From: Marsupella aquatica
Lineage: Eukaryota; Plantae; Marchantiophyta
Reading direction: 5' to 3'
Assembly: GCA_973895155.1 (NCBI GenBank)
Contig: OZ316892.1
Coordinates: 19,727,869 to 19,791,868, forward strand
DNA: 64,000 nt
A model generated the notes under the pieces. The model was not told where the DNA came from. It worked only from the letters and a program-made list of their open reading frames with translations, and made no database searches. The position numbers and the translations under genes are program-made. Below are positions 13,435-25,820 of this stretch, in pieces; position 1 is the stretch's first letter; every line of letters begins with the position of its first letter.

Positions 13435-14581
13435 CACAGTGACGGACCAAACAAGAAGTGTGACCACCCTTCTCGTTTTGCCCGATCGCAAAATTGCGGC
13501 TAAGTAAAGAAATCTCCGATACAAAATGCCCATGAGTGAGAATATCGGTTTTTTTTAGTCTTGAAAGTGAAGAGCGATACGCGGATCGCTCTTTGCATTG
13601 CGCAACCAAACAGTTTAAAAAAATCCACTTGAGAGGGTAAACTGCATAAACTGCGCGGTTGACTACGAAACTTAACCCATGGTTAATGTGATCCTGGAGG
13701 ACGATAAATACCGGTATTGTTATGTTTATTGGATTGGCATTCAAGGTTGTCGGGAGAAAAAGCTATACCGGTATCGCGGTCTGTATTGGAGTGGTGTTTA
13801 CAGGTGGTCAAGGAGGAAGAGAGATACCGGTATTGCGGTCTGTATTGGAGTGATGTTTACAGGTGGTCAAGGAGGAAGAGCGATACCAGTATTGCGGTCT
13901 GTATTGGAGTGGTGTTTATAGGTGGTCAAGGAGGAAGAGCGATACCAATATCGCGGACTGTATTTGAGTGAGGATTACAGGTGAACCGGGAGGAAGAGCG
14001 ACACCGGTTTGCTAGAGGAAGGACTAAGAAATGAGTCCGGAACAATTACAAATGGACATTGCCATTTGTATTCTTGTTTCAACATTGACAATGGAATTTT
14101 GCAAACTACGTGGTGAACTGCGAGGTAACTTCAGCTGACTGTGTGGTGAAATTTGATGTAAAAAAATATTAGAATGTGGTAAATATTTCAAAACCTCCGG
14201 TTTATGAAAGAAACGGCAAACAAATTTGAATGGAATTCGAGGAGCAATACCGGTATCGGAATAGTTTTGTTTTCTTGATCTGTTTTCCTTGTAACCAAAA
14301 GTTCTATTTTCAAAATCTAACCAAAATGGAAATATTTCTGGGTTCTATCATTTGTCGCAATGAAAATATTTGAAGTTAGTGAGGATATTGAAATTCACAA
14401 TTTGGGATGAAGCCATCATTCCTCGCAAAGTTGGGAACGATACGAATTAGTCGGTTTTGCAAAAATCATTGATTTTGTGAGAAATGTGTCGCGCACATTG
14501 TGAAAATTGGCGAAAATCGATCAAAATTGAAAACACCCTTCTCCATTAGGCGTCACATCTCTTGTTTGGTCCGTCACCGTG
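13435..14581. mobile_element. Non-autonomous TIR DNA transposon
   Basis: Left end CACAGTGACGGACCAAACAAGAAGTGTGAC. Reverse complement of the right end is CACGGTGACGGACCAAACAAGAGATGTGAC (~30-bp TIR). No convincing ORF inside. Confidence 0.75.
13705..14010. repeat. ~59-bp tandem minisatellite (about 5 copies) inside the TIR element
   Basis: Repeated ATACCGGTATTGCGGTCTGTATTGGAGTGGTGTTTACAGGTGGTCAAGGAGGAAGAGCG. Confidence 0.85.
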
Positions 14582-15384
14582 TTACTTGCCTTCGCCAGTG
14601 CCACACCTTATTGCCCACAAGTCTCCCAATGCTAAGTCCTCCCTAGATGGTCTATCCGGGCCTCGACCATAAGGGAGCTTGACGTCGGAGTCAGTGACGC
14701 CGGAGCTAAGTGTTAAGGTAATCGAGTTTTGCGACTATTTACAACTAAGCAACCTGCATCTTCTATTGTAAGTATGACATATAAGTAACGGGATAAGTAA
14801 TATACTCTATTGAGTAATCAGTTTGTGTTAGATTTTACAAAGGGGGCCCCAATAGGTAATGACACACATCATCATATTAGTGGGTCAGGTACATGTGTCA
14901 ACATGTAATGCATACATATGACACATACTATATCCACCTTTATATATGGAGTATTTGAACTTCAGTAATTATGGGTCTGTGGGTTTAGTTCAGGGTCCGG
15001 CTTTACCATAGGGTTTATTGGGAGGTTTGGGGTTTGAGCCATTGGGACTTTGCAAGTGGAAATACAATGGGGCCAAACTTTGGCCACTTGATCCAAGGGA
15101 GAGCACGTCTAGGCCCTACATTGATTGATCCATGGCCTGCAAGCAGGTGGTCTTCACCCTCAGGTGTGTTGCAAGGTGTTTTGGTTTGGGTTGAAGTCAG
15201 TTGTTGACCCAAAACCCCACCCAAACCGCTAGCTCGCGTTTTGCCCCCTCGTTTGGCTTCTGGTATTTTTGGTGTTGGCTCTTTGTCTGTCTTGCTTGGT
15301 CCTTGGGGTTCAACATTTCTCTCGCTATGGTGCACGTTCCAATGAAACATAATTAGACTAGCTCAATACCCGTGCTTTGCACAA

Positions 15385-15620
15385 AAGATGTTGTGTCGGC
15401 CAAGATTTGGTTGAGAAAAAAGATGTTGTGTCAGCCAAGTTAGAGGTCGTTCTCAAACAAGATGTCATGTCGGCCAAGTTAGAGAAAATGTTGCGTTCAG
15501 GCCTAGAAGTCTTTGAGAAAAAGATGTTCTGTTGGCCAAGATGGCATTGAGGAAAAAATGTCATGTCTGCCATGATATTGTTGAGAAATAAGGTGTCATG
15601 TTGGCCAAGATGTCATTGAG
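15385..15620. repeat. Degenerate short tandem repeats (~35-40 bp)
   Basis: Recurring AGATGTYRTGTCGGCCAAG...GAGAAAA. Confidence 0.6.
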
Positions 15621-18600
15621 AACATTCTGACTTGAAATAGTATTTCTTTAGGCATGCATTTCGGGCATTACTTAGCATTTTTGTTACCAAGAGCAAGAAA
15701 ACTATGTACTTGGGGATAGAAATGTGTATGCATGAATAGCAAAAATATTGTCCTCATTTCTAGGAAATTTTGAAACTACAAATGCTTCACTCAAAGTCCA
15801 TGTACTTGGTATGGCATGGACTAGAGGTTTTGGATATTAAAAAGGAGAACAAAATTTCCGAAGTGAATTTTGTAGTTGATTGAGTTAAACACTCATGTTT
15901 TTTTAAGCTCCCAGTAGTGTCATGGTTGGCATAAATTTGATAAGTTGCCAATGTTTTATATGCAAGTCCAATTATATCAAAATTAACAAACGAGAATACT
16001 CTTTCACCGAGGCTGGCCGGGACTAATACAAATCATGTTAGCCAGATAACTTTGGAGATTTCTAATTGAAATCTCTGACTAAGAGCTTTTCCACACCTGC
16101 TCACATTGCTTCTCGCAGGGGATACTGATCTCGTTCTGGGGAGGAACAAAATCATCCATTGCATTGTGCCTCGTCAACACCAAAGTCAACCTCGCCAATG
16201 AAATTAACACGAGTTCAATAGCATCTCACAATTTCTATCCATCATCAAAGTAGAAATCAGGGTTCTTTTGATTTGGCCGGGGCTTTCACTCCATAGACAG
16301 CAGTCGCAAATTACTGCCTCCATCGGCAACTAACTTATTCATTGGCACTTGTTGACTGGAAATCTTCATTTCTCTAGTGTTTTTCTTCGCATGACTTAAT
16401 ATTCCAAAGAAAGCAAGAAGATTAAAGTCACTGGCTGTATTGCTGGGAAAAGACACACGTCCCTTCTTAGGATAGCCCGCCTGATGAGGCCAACGCGAGA
16501 TGACAAAAGTAGCCCAAGGTTAAGGAATTTAGAACACTCTAAAGAGGCTATTACTGATTTGGAATAATTCCTTGTGTGCCGTTTCCAGTTGTGATATGCC
16601 GCGTCTGTTGCTCTCACTGTTGCTTCAGTGAATTGAATCAACCTTTGCCAGTCTGCGTTGCCTCTGCACATAAAGTCATACAGTTGTTTGGAACTCTGCA
16701 CATAAAGTCATACAGCTGTTTGGAACAGCTTGTTGCAGTCTAGCCATCTCAAACACATTAGTATTGGAACTAGTCAGAAGCTTTGTTCGGTCTTTTGCAT
16801 CCACAAAGACCTCCACAAGAATACTATGCCCTGCATGCGCATCAGATATTGAATACACAAAACATCAAGGATTTGTAGTAATTCGCGTTTGAAAAGAACA
16901 TGAAAATAGAGGACACTTTCGAACAAGGGGATATCAGCGTGATTTCAAGCACGCAATCTGCTCTCAAAAAGAATAGCGACGACTTGGATTCAGAAACAGA
17001 GTTTTTCTACAGTGGAATATGAATGGGGATGGAATCAGCCAAACATTTCCCACATCGATCCATTGTTGTTTTGCACCCTAATTAGCCAACTGCCGCAACC
17101 TGGTGGTGTGTGAGATTGTTCGCAGTGGTGTACTTCGTGCAAGGGTCTGCTACTTATGGACTGGATCTTGTCCGGGCTGGAGTTCTCCAGGCAGGTAATA
17201 AGAGTGAAAATTTGTGTTCTAGCCAGCCGTGTCCATGCCCTTCAATCCACAATTGGAGCCATGCATGATTTCATCCTTGTCAAGAAGTGTTCAAAGTTAG
17301 ATTGCTTGTCCATCCACAATAATGTAGACACTTCAGTTCACTCTTTTAGCACTGACAGCCACAACAATTCATTGAAGGTGAGAGCAGACCAGTGGTGGAG
17401 GGTAGTGAATTACAACTTTCACTGAAAGTTGTTTGATATTGGGCACCCGTGATCAGAGCAGTGCAAATCCTGATAATGGTATCTTCATATTTTCTTTTGT
17501 GGTGATTGATGATTTCAAAAGCCACTATAAGCTAAGCTTATCGGTTACGTTGGCACCATAATGTAGCAGACTTGGATGCAGAGTATTGATGAGGAACTGC
17601 AGCGGTCCCACAGCTCCAAGTGAAATTGTAAAACGATGACAAACAGACTGGCCAAGAATTCTGCGAGTACGTGAAGTGTAGGAGAAAATGGCCATCAGCA
17701 GACTGAGTCACCCACTCGCAGAACGACAAAGCAATCCTCCAACAACGCTGATGCTGTCTGCTCAAGTAGTCTCCAACTTTCATCGGGAGAATAGAGGCTG
17801 ACCGGAGCAAAACAATGCCTAGTCAAACATCTCAAACATGATAGTATTGGACCGTCAGGAGCTTTGATTGGTCTTTTGCATCCTCAAGACCTTCCATATG
17901 AAATTGAAACACGCAGCAAATCAAAAGGGTTGTTTCCAAGTAGAACCTGGGTGGTAGGAATTCACGCATGAAAACAACACCAAAACAGAGGACACTTTCA
18001 CACAAGTGTACATCAGCCTGGTTGCAAGGATGCAATCTCTAAACTTTTGCTGTCAATAAACAGGATCTGCACTGAATGAATTAGTACAATGAAATAGGAC
18101 AGGGGTGAAATCAGCCAAACATCAGGAATGGCTTGGTCTTGCTTTTATCAATTCCCAGGTTTATTTGCGATGGTGTGGTCCACGACTGTCCAAACTCTCA
18201 TCTGTACTTCATTTCAAGTTTCTACTTTCAATGACAAGACTTTGTCTCCTCTTGCCCAATGTAATTAACTCCCCTAATCTTGCTCTGGCTTAGACTCTAG
18301 AGGACTCTCCAATCTTTATAAATTGACTGTTTGGAAATCCTGGAGAAATGGACGGAAAGTACATTCTGGACGAGAGTTTCGCCCACATTAACATTCAGAT
18401 GTGAGGGAAACTAATCAAAATTTACCGCCTGCCACTTCATTCTTCATGGCTACGTATGAGATGGAATTTGATTGGCATTCATACATACCTGTGTACATTC
18501 AAGATTCGGTTGAGACCCAGGCATGCAAGTTGACGATTCTCCTAAGCTTCATAAGAATTAAGAGCAGCAGCGTCACCAGGCACCAGCTGTGCTTCGCAAT

Positions 18601-19935
18601 TGCAGCATAATTGTGTTCACGAAAGGACGTCATAGGACAAATCAAGGACAGCATCGCTATGCTTAAGCTGTGCTTAGCAACTGCAACACAAGCATATCCA
18701 CAAAATGTAAATCATCGGAGTTTGTGGCTGTGTGCAATCGTGGCAGACATTTATGAAAGATTGTAAGTAATTCAAAGGATTGAAGAACAGAATTTCTTTG
18801 AGAATGTTGAGCAAGTCTACTGTGTGCTCTTTGCAGCAGAATCAAGCCTGCTGTAGGCATTCCACCGTCAGCCTCGTGTATGGGTGAGAGAGTCCACAAG
18901 AGGACTGTCTTGGACGTTCACGAAGCCTGTGCTCTGACGTCGATCATGCTGACCAAAGCAGACATCATTGCCGCTACGCCCCAGAGGTCATCCGCCGCAT
19001 ATGAGTAATCTGTCCCCTTCCCATTCGTTCCTTCGATTTGATTTCTTCTGGTCCTTCGGTGTACCTTTTTCTCCAGATTTGCTGTTGTCATTTCTTTTTT
19101 TTTGCCCTGAAACCGAAAGTTGACCCATTCAACAGAGGATAGACGATAAGTGAGGAGCATGCACCACTATAGGGTAGCCCACAAGGGGGTCATACCCAGG
19201 ACGAGGGAGAGAGGCCGTGTTTTTTTTAGTGGCAAAAATTGGCTAAATTCCACCTCCCCAAAAATACTTGGCCACTTTTAACTGAAATTCGCTACTATTT
19301 TGCTGGCTCATTAGCCAATGTTTCACCTAATCCCAGGCCTTATCCAGAATCTAACGGGAGACCTTAAATCTAGGGAGATCTGACTGTTTGGAAAATAATT
19401 GAATAAGGATCTTTGGAGCATCTCTCCCTCACACACTTTACATTCCTCACTCTGGCTAAAAAGTGAAATCCTTAAAAAAAAAGGGCTGGAGAGAGGGTTG
19501 GACCAGAGCCCAAAGTGGACCAGCCAGGGCTGAGGAGAAACCAAATGAATACACACCCACACACGCTAGGGCTCGGTTCTAGGCTCGGGCCAACTGACCA
19601 CGGCAAGTTGGTTTGCGGCTCTCATTTCGTGAGGTCAGTCAGTCAGTGTGCTCTGGTCTTCGTGGGCCCACACAATCGTTCAAGATGGTCATGGAGGTTG
19701 CCACAAGTCAGCGCCTAAGAGGGAATAATATAGGTCCTGACGATGTCTTCTCTGGCCCCAGCGCAACCTGCCGAGAGATCGTTTCACCTGATTGACTGAT
19801 TATGGATATTGTTTTCAAGCCAAGCGACTAGTGATGGAGATCACATTCAATCGACAAAATTGCAGTTAGTGAGAGATCATCTCACATCAATTGCCAATAA
19901 GTTGTTGGTTTGCCATCTGACCGTCTTTGTTGTTG

Positions 19936-21927
19936 ATGGCCAGAGCGAGCGCTCCAGCGATGGAGAAGGCCCGCTTCATCTGGCTGCACTTGTCCATCTT
20001 TCTTGGTACTGTGTTCGCAGTGAAATGTGTTCTTACGGACATGACCATCGTGACCTGTCAACCCGTGTGTCCTGGTCAGGACGGGAGCAGCAGCATGGGG
20101 ACTGCCAGCGAGATCTTCACGGGGAGTGACGATTCCCACAACCTCTATGGCGCCGCTGGCACTCGCAAATGCACTTCCACAGAGCATTTAGAACCGGACA
20201 GTACTGAGGGAGTGAGCGAAATTTTGCGCAAGCTCAATAACAAAGCAGGCGGCGGTGTTGACAGACAGCCTCTCAAGGTAAGGGCGTCGCGCCGGGACTT
20301 CCACACTCCCAATGGGTTCATGTGTCCGGGTCAGACATATGACGCAAAATTGGCCAAGGGTCAGAACGACTATCTCAATTCCATCGATTCCTCGACTCAT
20401 TCTGTCACCCTGCTTCTGCATCGAATGAACTCCATTGTGGAAGTGGATCACGCGCGCCATCGATTGACAGTCGAGGCAGGCATGACTCTGCAGAACCTCG
20501 CGGACGCAGCCCTGAAGAACGGGATGTCGATCCCTGTGGGAGTCCTCCCCGTCTATGGCAACCTCACAGTAGGCGGCGTGCTCGCCACATCGGCCCATGG
20601 AACGGGGGCAGGGGTCGACAGCTCGCTGGGAGACATCGTCACCATGCTCAAGTGGGTGAACGCGCAGGGAAAGATCACCACGAGCGATATCACCGATGAG
20701 AAGGGGCGCTTAGAAATTCGGGGTCTGCTTGGGGGAATCGGATTGTTGGGGGTCCTGTGCGAGGTGACTTTCCGATTGCTGCCTGCGGGAGCGTTGGCCC
20801 AGGTGGAGATTTGGACCAAGGAAGACTCGACCATTGCCGCCGATGTCAAGCACCAATTGCAAGCGCAGACCCCTCACATCCTCTACTTCTGGAGACCTGA
20901 TTTGGGCTACTACCAAGCTCTTTTCTTCAAACCTCTCGAATCCGGCGATGTGCCGGTGCATCCCTACTATCCTCGGGGAAGGGCGGCCATGATGGTGTCG
21001 CCCCCCGAAAGCGTTGCGAAACAGTATTGGGAAAACTTGGCTGCCTTCCAAGCAGATATTGACGATTCCGGTCCGGGTGCGGACTTGGTCAATGCAGCGA
21101 TTTGTGAAATGTCGGAAGGGTTGAAGTACCTTCCCGTGTTTATGGATGGGGAGGGCGGAATTGTTTCAAACGCTACCATTCCAACCTCGTACGCGATGAT
21201 TTCAGGGGAGTGCGAGCCGACTTGCCTGTGGAGTACACAGTACTTTGGGGCTACCTCGGAGGACTGCGAGTGGGCGATCAGGCTCAGCGATCTGGATGAG
21301 TGGATAAAGGATGTGAAGGCGGTCGTCAAGGGGGAGGAAGAGGAGAGACAGAAGCAGCTGGACAGGAGGTATGGGAAAGGCAAAGTCCGAGCCTGTATGA
21401 CACCAGGACTCTTCTGGATTCGATTTGGGAAGCCCAACGACAATCTGCTGGCTGGCAGCACGGGTATGGATGAGCCTGTGGTGTACGCCATGATGTTGTT
21501 TTATGCATCGGTTCTGGTTCCCAATGCTCCTCCGAAGCACGATCACATCACGCAGGTCATCGAGCAGCTGAGTGTCTGCAAGTATGGAGCCAGAGCGCAT
21601 TATGGTAAGGGCTTTGATCGCCAGTTTACGAATGAGCACTGTCCATTGCTTGACAACTTCCCGAAGCAGAATCTCGTTGAGATGAGGAAGCTGCAAGACC
21701 AGCATGATCCTTTCAGGGTGTTCGAGTCTGAGCTGTTGGGTCGAATGCTCGAGAAGCGTGGTCCCATCTATGAAGACAAGTGTTCTCTGACACACAAATG
21801 CTACTGTAAAGAGGACTCCCATTGTGCCGACGGATTCAAGTGTCAGCCATCGGTGGTTTTCCCTGAGTACAACGCCTGTAAAGTGCAGTTTTCATACGAA
21901 GAGACCCGAGCGAAAGATGAACTGTGA
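19936..21927 (+). CDS. L-gulonolactone oxidase-like (plant GULLO-type) FAD-linked oxidase, probably secreted
   Basis: Intronless ORF, first ATG at 19936, hydrophobic N-terminus. FAD-binding motifs TVEAGMTL, NLTVGGVLATSAHGT and GGIGLLGVLCEVTF. ALO-like C-terminus (ARAHYGK, HDPFRVFES) and Cys-rich tail CSLTHKCYCKEDSHCADGFKC. Confidence 0.85.
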   Translation: MARASAPAMEKARFIWLHLSIFLGTVFAVKCVLTDMTIVTCQPVCPGQDGSSSMGTASEIFTGSDDSHNLYGAAGTRKCTSTEHLEPDSTEGVSEILRKLNNKAGGGVDRQPLKVRASRRDFHTPNGFMCPGQTYDAKLAKGQNDYLNSIDSSTHSVTLLLHRMNSIVEVDHARHRLTVEAGMTLQNLADAALKNGMSIPVGVLPVYGNLTVGGVLATSAHGTGAGVDSSLGDIVTMLKWVNAQGKITTSDITDEKGRLEIRGLLGGIGLLGVLCEVTFRLLPAGALAQVEIWTKEDSTIAADVKHQLQAQTPHILYFWRPDLGYYQALFFKPLESGDVPVHPYYPRGRAAMMVSPPESVAKQYWENLAAFQADIDDSGPGADLVNAAICEMSEGLKYLPVFMDGEGGIVSNATIPTSYAMISGECEPTCLWSTQYFGATSEDCEWAIRLSDLDEWIKDVKAVVKGEEEERQKQLDRRYGKGKVRACMTPGLFWIRFGKPNDNLLAGSTGMDEPVVYAMMLFYASVLVPNAPPKHDHITQVIEQLSVCKYGARAHYGKGFDRQFTNEHCPLLDNFPKQNLVEMRKLQDQHDPFRVFESELLGRMLEKRGPIYEDKCSLTHKCYCKEDSHCADGFKCQPSVVFPEYNACKVQFSYEETRAKDEL

Positions 21928-23007
21928 GCTCGCTGGTCCCAAATTGAACGAGGAGACACTGGCCATGATTTATTTGGTCTGGCACGATTTCATGTTTTTA
22001 ACCCCGGCCTACTTCTATCCCATTCAGTACATAACATCCTGGTATCGTTGAATGGGTGAATAACAGAGCACTGTTGAACAAGGATTCTTTCATGTGAGAA
22101 GGGTGTGTGTTATCGCCAAGAAGCAAATTTCATATCATCAACCATGGTGACAAAGTCCTGGCTGCTCTTCTTCTTGCACTAGTTTCTCCTGTGCGCAATG
22201 TCTTCAACCACTGAGTAGAAGATTCAATGGACAATGTCTTCGACCATTGAGTTCAAGAAGAATCAATTCCTAGTCCTGATGAACAACCTGTAGTCATCTT
22301 TTCTCTAGAAAAAACCTGTAGGTGAGAGCAATTGACGGGCACTAGTAATTCAACGTTTTCTTACTTTTGTGCCCACACTATTAGCAAGAGGTAATACTGT
22401 CACTGGACAAATTCACGCACAAAATATAAATGAGACAGGGGACCCTGAGAAACATTAACGCAAGTGAAACCTACAATCTCAGGAAGACATCTATGCAAAT
22501 TAGGATCCAAATATCTATTATATATATACACCCCTTGGCCATGGGCTAAAGAATGGCTAGAAAAGTTGGGACTCATAATCAGTGTGCCAAATGCCGTGAT
22601 GGAGATATCCCAAACATATATGTGTACATATATTGATGGAGATATCTCAAACATATGTATGTATGTCAGTGGAAAATGTTGGGTTGTGGAATGGATGCAG
22701 TTTGCATCAAAACATAGATTTTTGCTCACAGCTAATAAAATTAAAAGGGGAAACTTTCACCACAATACTTTTTGTTTTGTTTTTGTGGTGCTTGCTGTAG
22801 TGTCAGGCTCTATGGTGTGGATGCCAAAAATCCAGTTCATTCTGTTTCATTTTCAATCCTAGTTTTTTGCAATGCTTCTGGTCTACTCTTTTTATTAGGT
22901 CTTGATTTCTTTGCTATGATTTTTTTAGCGGGTTCATGAGGGGATATTGCCATAGATGGTTATTTAGGTGTTGTCGCACAGTCATTCACGTTGATCCATA
23001 GTCTTGA

Positions 23008-23301
23008 TGTTAGGAATTGACTCGAGTTCCCGACTTAGTTTATTTTGGCCTTACTAGGGTTAGTTAACCCTAGATTACATTAGGATAAGATCCGCTTTGT
23101 TTAGGCCCACTCATCTTGGCCCCCTTGGGGGGTATAGGCTGGAGGGAGACCACTTTCTCCCTCATTCTTCACATGTACTCTCATTTGCTATTGAGCCTTC
23201 AGGAGTTTCTCCACTCGGGGTGTCTCGTCGGTGTAGCGTCTGATTGAGTGTCTCTCATGTTTCCGCATTGCTGTCTAGTCCGGAGCTGACGGTTTCTTAC
23301 A
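23008..23301 (+). repeat. 5' LTR
   Basis: TGTTAGGAATTG...GGTTTCTTACA; identical by eye to 29020-29313. Confidence 0.95.
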
Positions 23302-23303
23302 AG

Positions 23304-23315
23304 TGGTATCAGAGC
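23304..23315 (+). other. Primer binding site (initiator tRNA-Met)
   Basis: TGGTATCAGAGC, 2 nt after the 5' LTR. Confidence 0.9.
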
Positions 23316-24934
23316 TTCGTGTTCGTGGTTTGGTGGCCTGGGCAGTGGTGAGAGCGTTTGTGTGCTGGATCGGGGTGAAAGATTGAATCGTCAACGACAG
23401 TTGCGTGATCGTTTCACTGGTCGTTTTTCGTTGGAGGTTTCGTGTTTGAAAGCGGTGACGGTTTCCCGATTGAAGCTTCATCGTGGAGTGTCTGACGTGT
23501 CTCTGTTCTTTGGAATACTATCAAGAGGACAGTCCAACGATTACTCGTGCGCATTGGCGAGCACTATATCTTGGCAAAATTTTCAAGATGTTTCGTCATT
23601 AGAGTGCAAAGTAATCTCAATTTGAGTTTGCTCTTTAGAGCTTAACACTCTTGGCTATGGCTTATGTCACATTTTTGTGGGTCCTGTGGGGTATGTGGGA
23701 TCGTTTAGCTTGTTGAATACTTGGATACAGGGAACCAGATTGTTGCCATTTTTCTCGTCGTTCTTCGTTGTGTGAGTTGCTGCACCGCACTAATTTGCGG
23801 CGGCGCGCACGCTCATCGTGCGCGTATATACACTAAAGTGCAGTACAGGAGGGGGCGACTACAAGTACGAGCTTGTGCATGAGTATTAGGGCAATACGAG
23901 GCCAGAGGGGGTATGAGAGGCCTTGATTAGGCCTGTACCCTATACGCAGGTACAAAGGTACGAGGGGACCCATCATTTCCCAAGTTGGAGGTACTGTGTG
24001 TAGTAGTTGCACATAACAGGTACAGTTGTACTTGCAAGTACAACAGTCCATAAAGGGGATAGGAAGCGTAGAGTTTCTTTCCCATGGAGTTTTCATTTGA
24101 CATCAGAAAAGAAGGTACTACAGGTGTGTAGGTGGTACAAAGTACAAAGCATCATTTTTTTTTTCCAAAGTGCTTGGAAGGCCCAAATGTGGGGAATTTT
24201 CATTTAAGGAAGGGCAGGTACGCTTGTACCTAAGGCCCAAGCTTGTGTGGCACTAAGGAAGGGCGGGGGAGCACACACGCTCTCTGCCCTTGGAAGCTGT
24301 ATTTTTGTACCTAGGCTGTGAAGGGCTAGACAAGGAGGGTCGGAGGGGCAAGGCAGGAAGTTTTTTCTAAAAGAAATTTTTGAGGTTGGGGGGCGGGGAC
24401 AAACGCTCGTCCTTAGTACTCATTGTCTTTTTTAATTTGTTCCTTTCCTTTTCTTTCCGCAATTTCTATTCCTTCCAAGGCGGACAGGTGTCAACTCCAC
24501 GTTCCTTCTGCTGTACATTTCGACTGTACTTTGATTCCCTATAAAAGATACTTTTCCAGAGAGCTGATTTTTGCCTGAAATTTTCAATTTTGGCGGTCGT
24601 CGAAGCAGAATTTTTCTGCGACACTTTGCAAGGGGATACTCAAGGGAGTTGAGCACGGGCTAGTGAAGTCAATTTGTGTGTTGCTGTTGCGGAATTTTTT
24701 CAGGACCTAAGATACCCGACGGGGGTCAAAACGGCCATTTTGACCCACCTCCGGTCTGGGTTGAATAAGTTTTTGCTGAAAAAGTTTTTCGTCAAATCGT
24801 TTTCAGATCTTGGCAGTGTACCTTGCAGGCTACGCGGCGGTGCATTCCATTTCCATTTTCGCCAACTTTCATTTTTTGGTGAATTTGGGTGGAGGTATTT
24901 TGGTTGTGTTTCCTGTGTTTTTGTAGCAGCATCA

Positions 24935-25810
24935 ATGACTTCAAGAAAGCTTGCGGCGCCGAAGTTTGAGGTGGAGAAGTTTGACGGGAAGGTCAGCTTC
25001 AGCCTCTGGACTCGAAAGGTGACCAATGTGTTGATCCAGCAAGGTCTTGAGAAGACCCTCACTGGAGTGAAACCCTCAAATCTAACAGATGAGAAGTGGG
25101 AGGACATGTCGGTGCAGGCGTGTAGCACAATTGAGTTGTTCTTGGCAAACAACATTCTCAAGAACGTTTTGGGGATGGATCGGAATGCCAAGAAGATTTG
25201 GGATATGCTTACTCAGCTATACCAGAGTACTTCGTTGACTACTCGCATTTATCACTTGGAGCGGCTGTTCAGGTTGAAGTTGAAGGATGGTGGCAACATG
25301 CGTGATCACCTTAGTCTCTTCGATGAGATTGTGCACGAGGTGACCACGGCGGGAGACAAGTTGACCGATGAGTATCTTGCAATGCATTTGTTGATGTCGC
25401 TTCCTCAGAGCTATTCGACGTTGGTGACGGTCATCACACATGACAAGTCTACGTTGAAGCTGGATGAGGTAAAGGCTACCATTCTTGCAGAATGGGGCAA
25501 GCGACAACTTTCTGGCCGTGACAATGACTCTGCTACCTTAGTGGTTAGAGGCAGATCGACGGAGCGTACTACGGATCAGTCTAGATCTAAATCACACAGT
25601 AGATCTAAATCTAAGTCCCGTAGTAAGAAAGTTCAGTGTTGGCATTGCCATGAGAAGGGCCACACCAAGTGGAATTGTCCTTCTCTGTCGAAGCAAAAGC
25701 GTCCTGCTTCCAATGGTGCATCCTCATCGTCAGCTGGTATTGTGATTGCTGACAATGAGGATGCTGCTGAAGTGCTATGTATTGGTGCTGTGAATTCAGT
25801 GTATTCATGA
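24935..25810 (+). CDS. gag: Copia Gag
   Basis: MTSRKLAAPKFEVEKFDG..., UBN2-like region (LLMSLPQSY), and CCHC knuckle CWHCHEKGHTKWNC. Confidence 0.9.
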   Translation: MTSRKLAAPKFEVEKFDGKVSFSLWTRKVTNVLIQQGLEKTLTGVKPSNLTDEKWEDMSVQACSTIELFLANNILKNVLGMDRNAKKIWDMLTQLYQSTSLTTRIYHLERLFRLKLKDGGNMRDHLSLFDEIVHEVTTAGDKLTDEYLAMHLLMSLPQSYSTLVTVITHDKSTLKLDEVKATILAEWGKRQLSGRDNDSATLVVRGRSTERTTDQSRSKSHSRSKSKSRSKKVQCWHCHEKGHTKWNCPSLSKQKRPASNGASSSSAGIVIADNEDAAEVLCIGAVNSVYS

Positions 25811-25820
25811 CAATAAATGG

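Noticed and set aside
20188-21822. Several 100-200-aa minus-strand ORFs
   Set aside because: They are antisense shadows of the GC-rich oxidase CDS and have no recognisable motifs.
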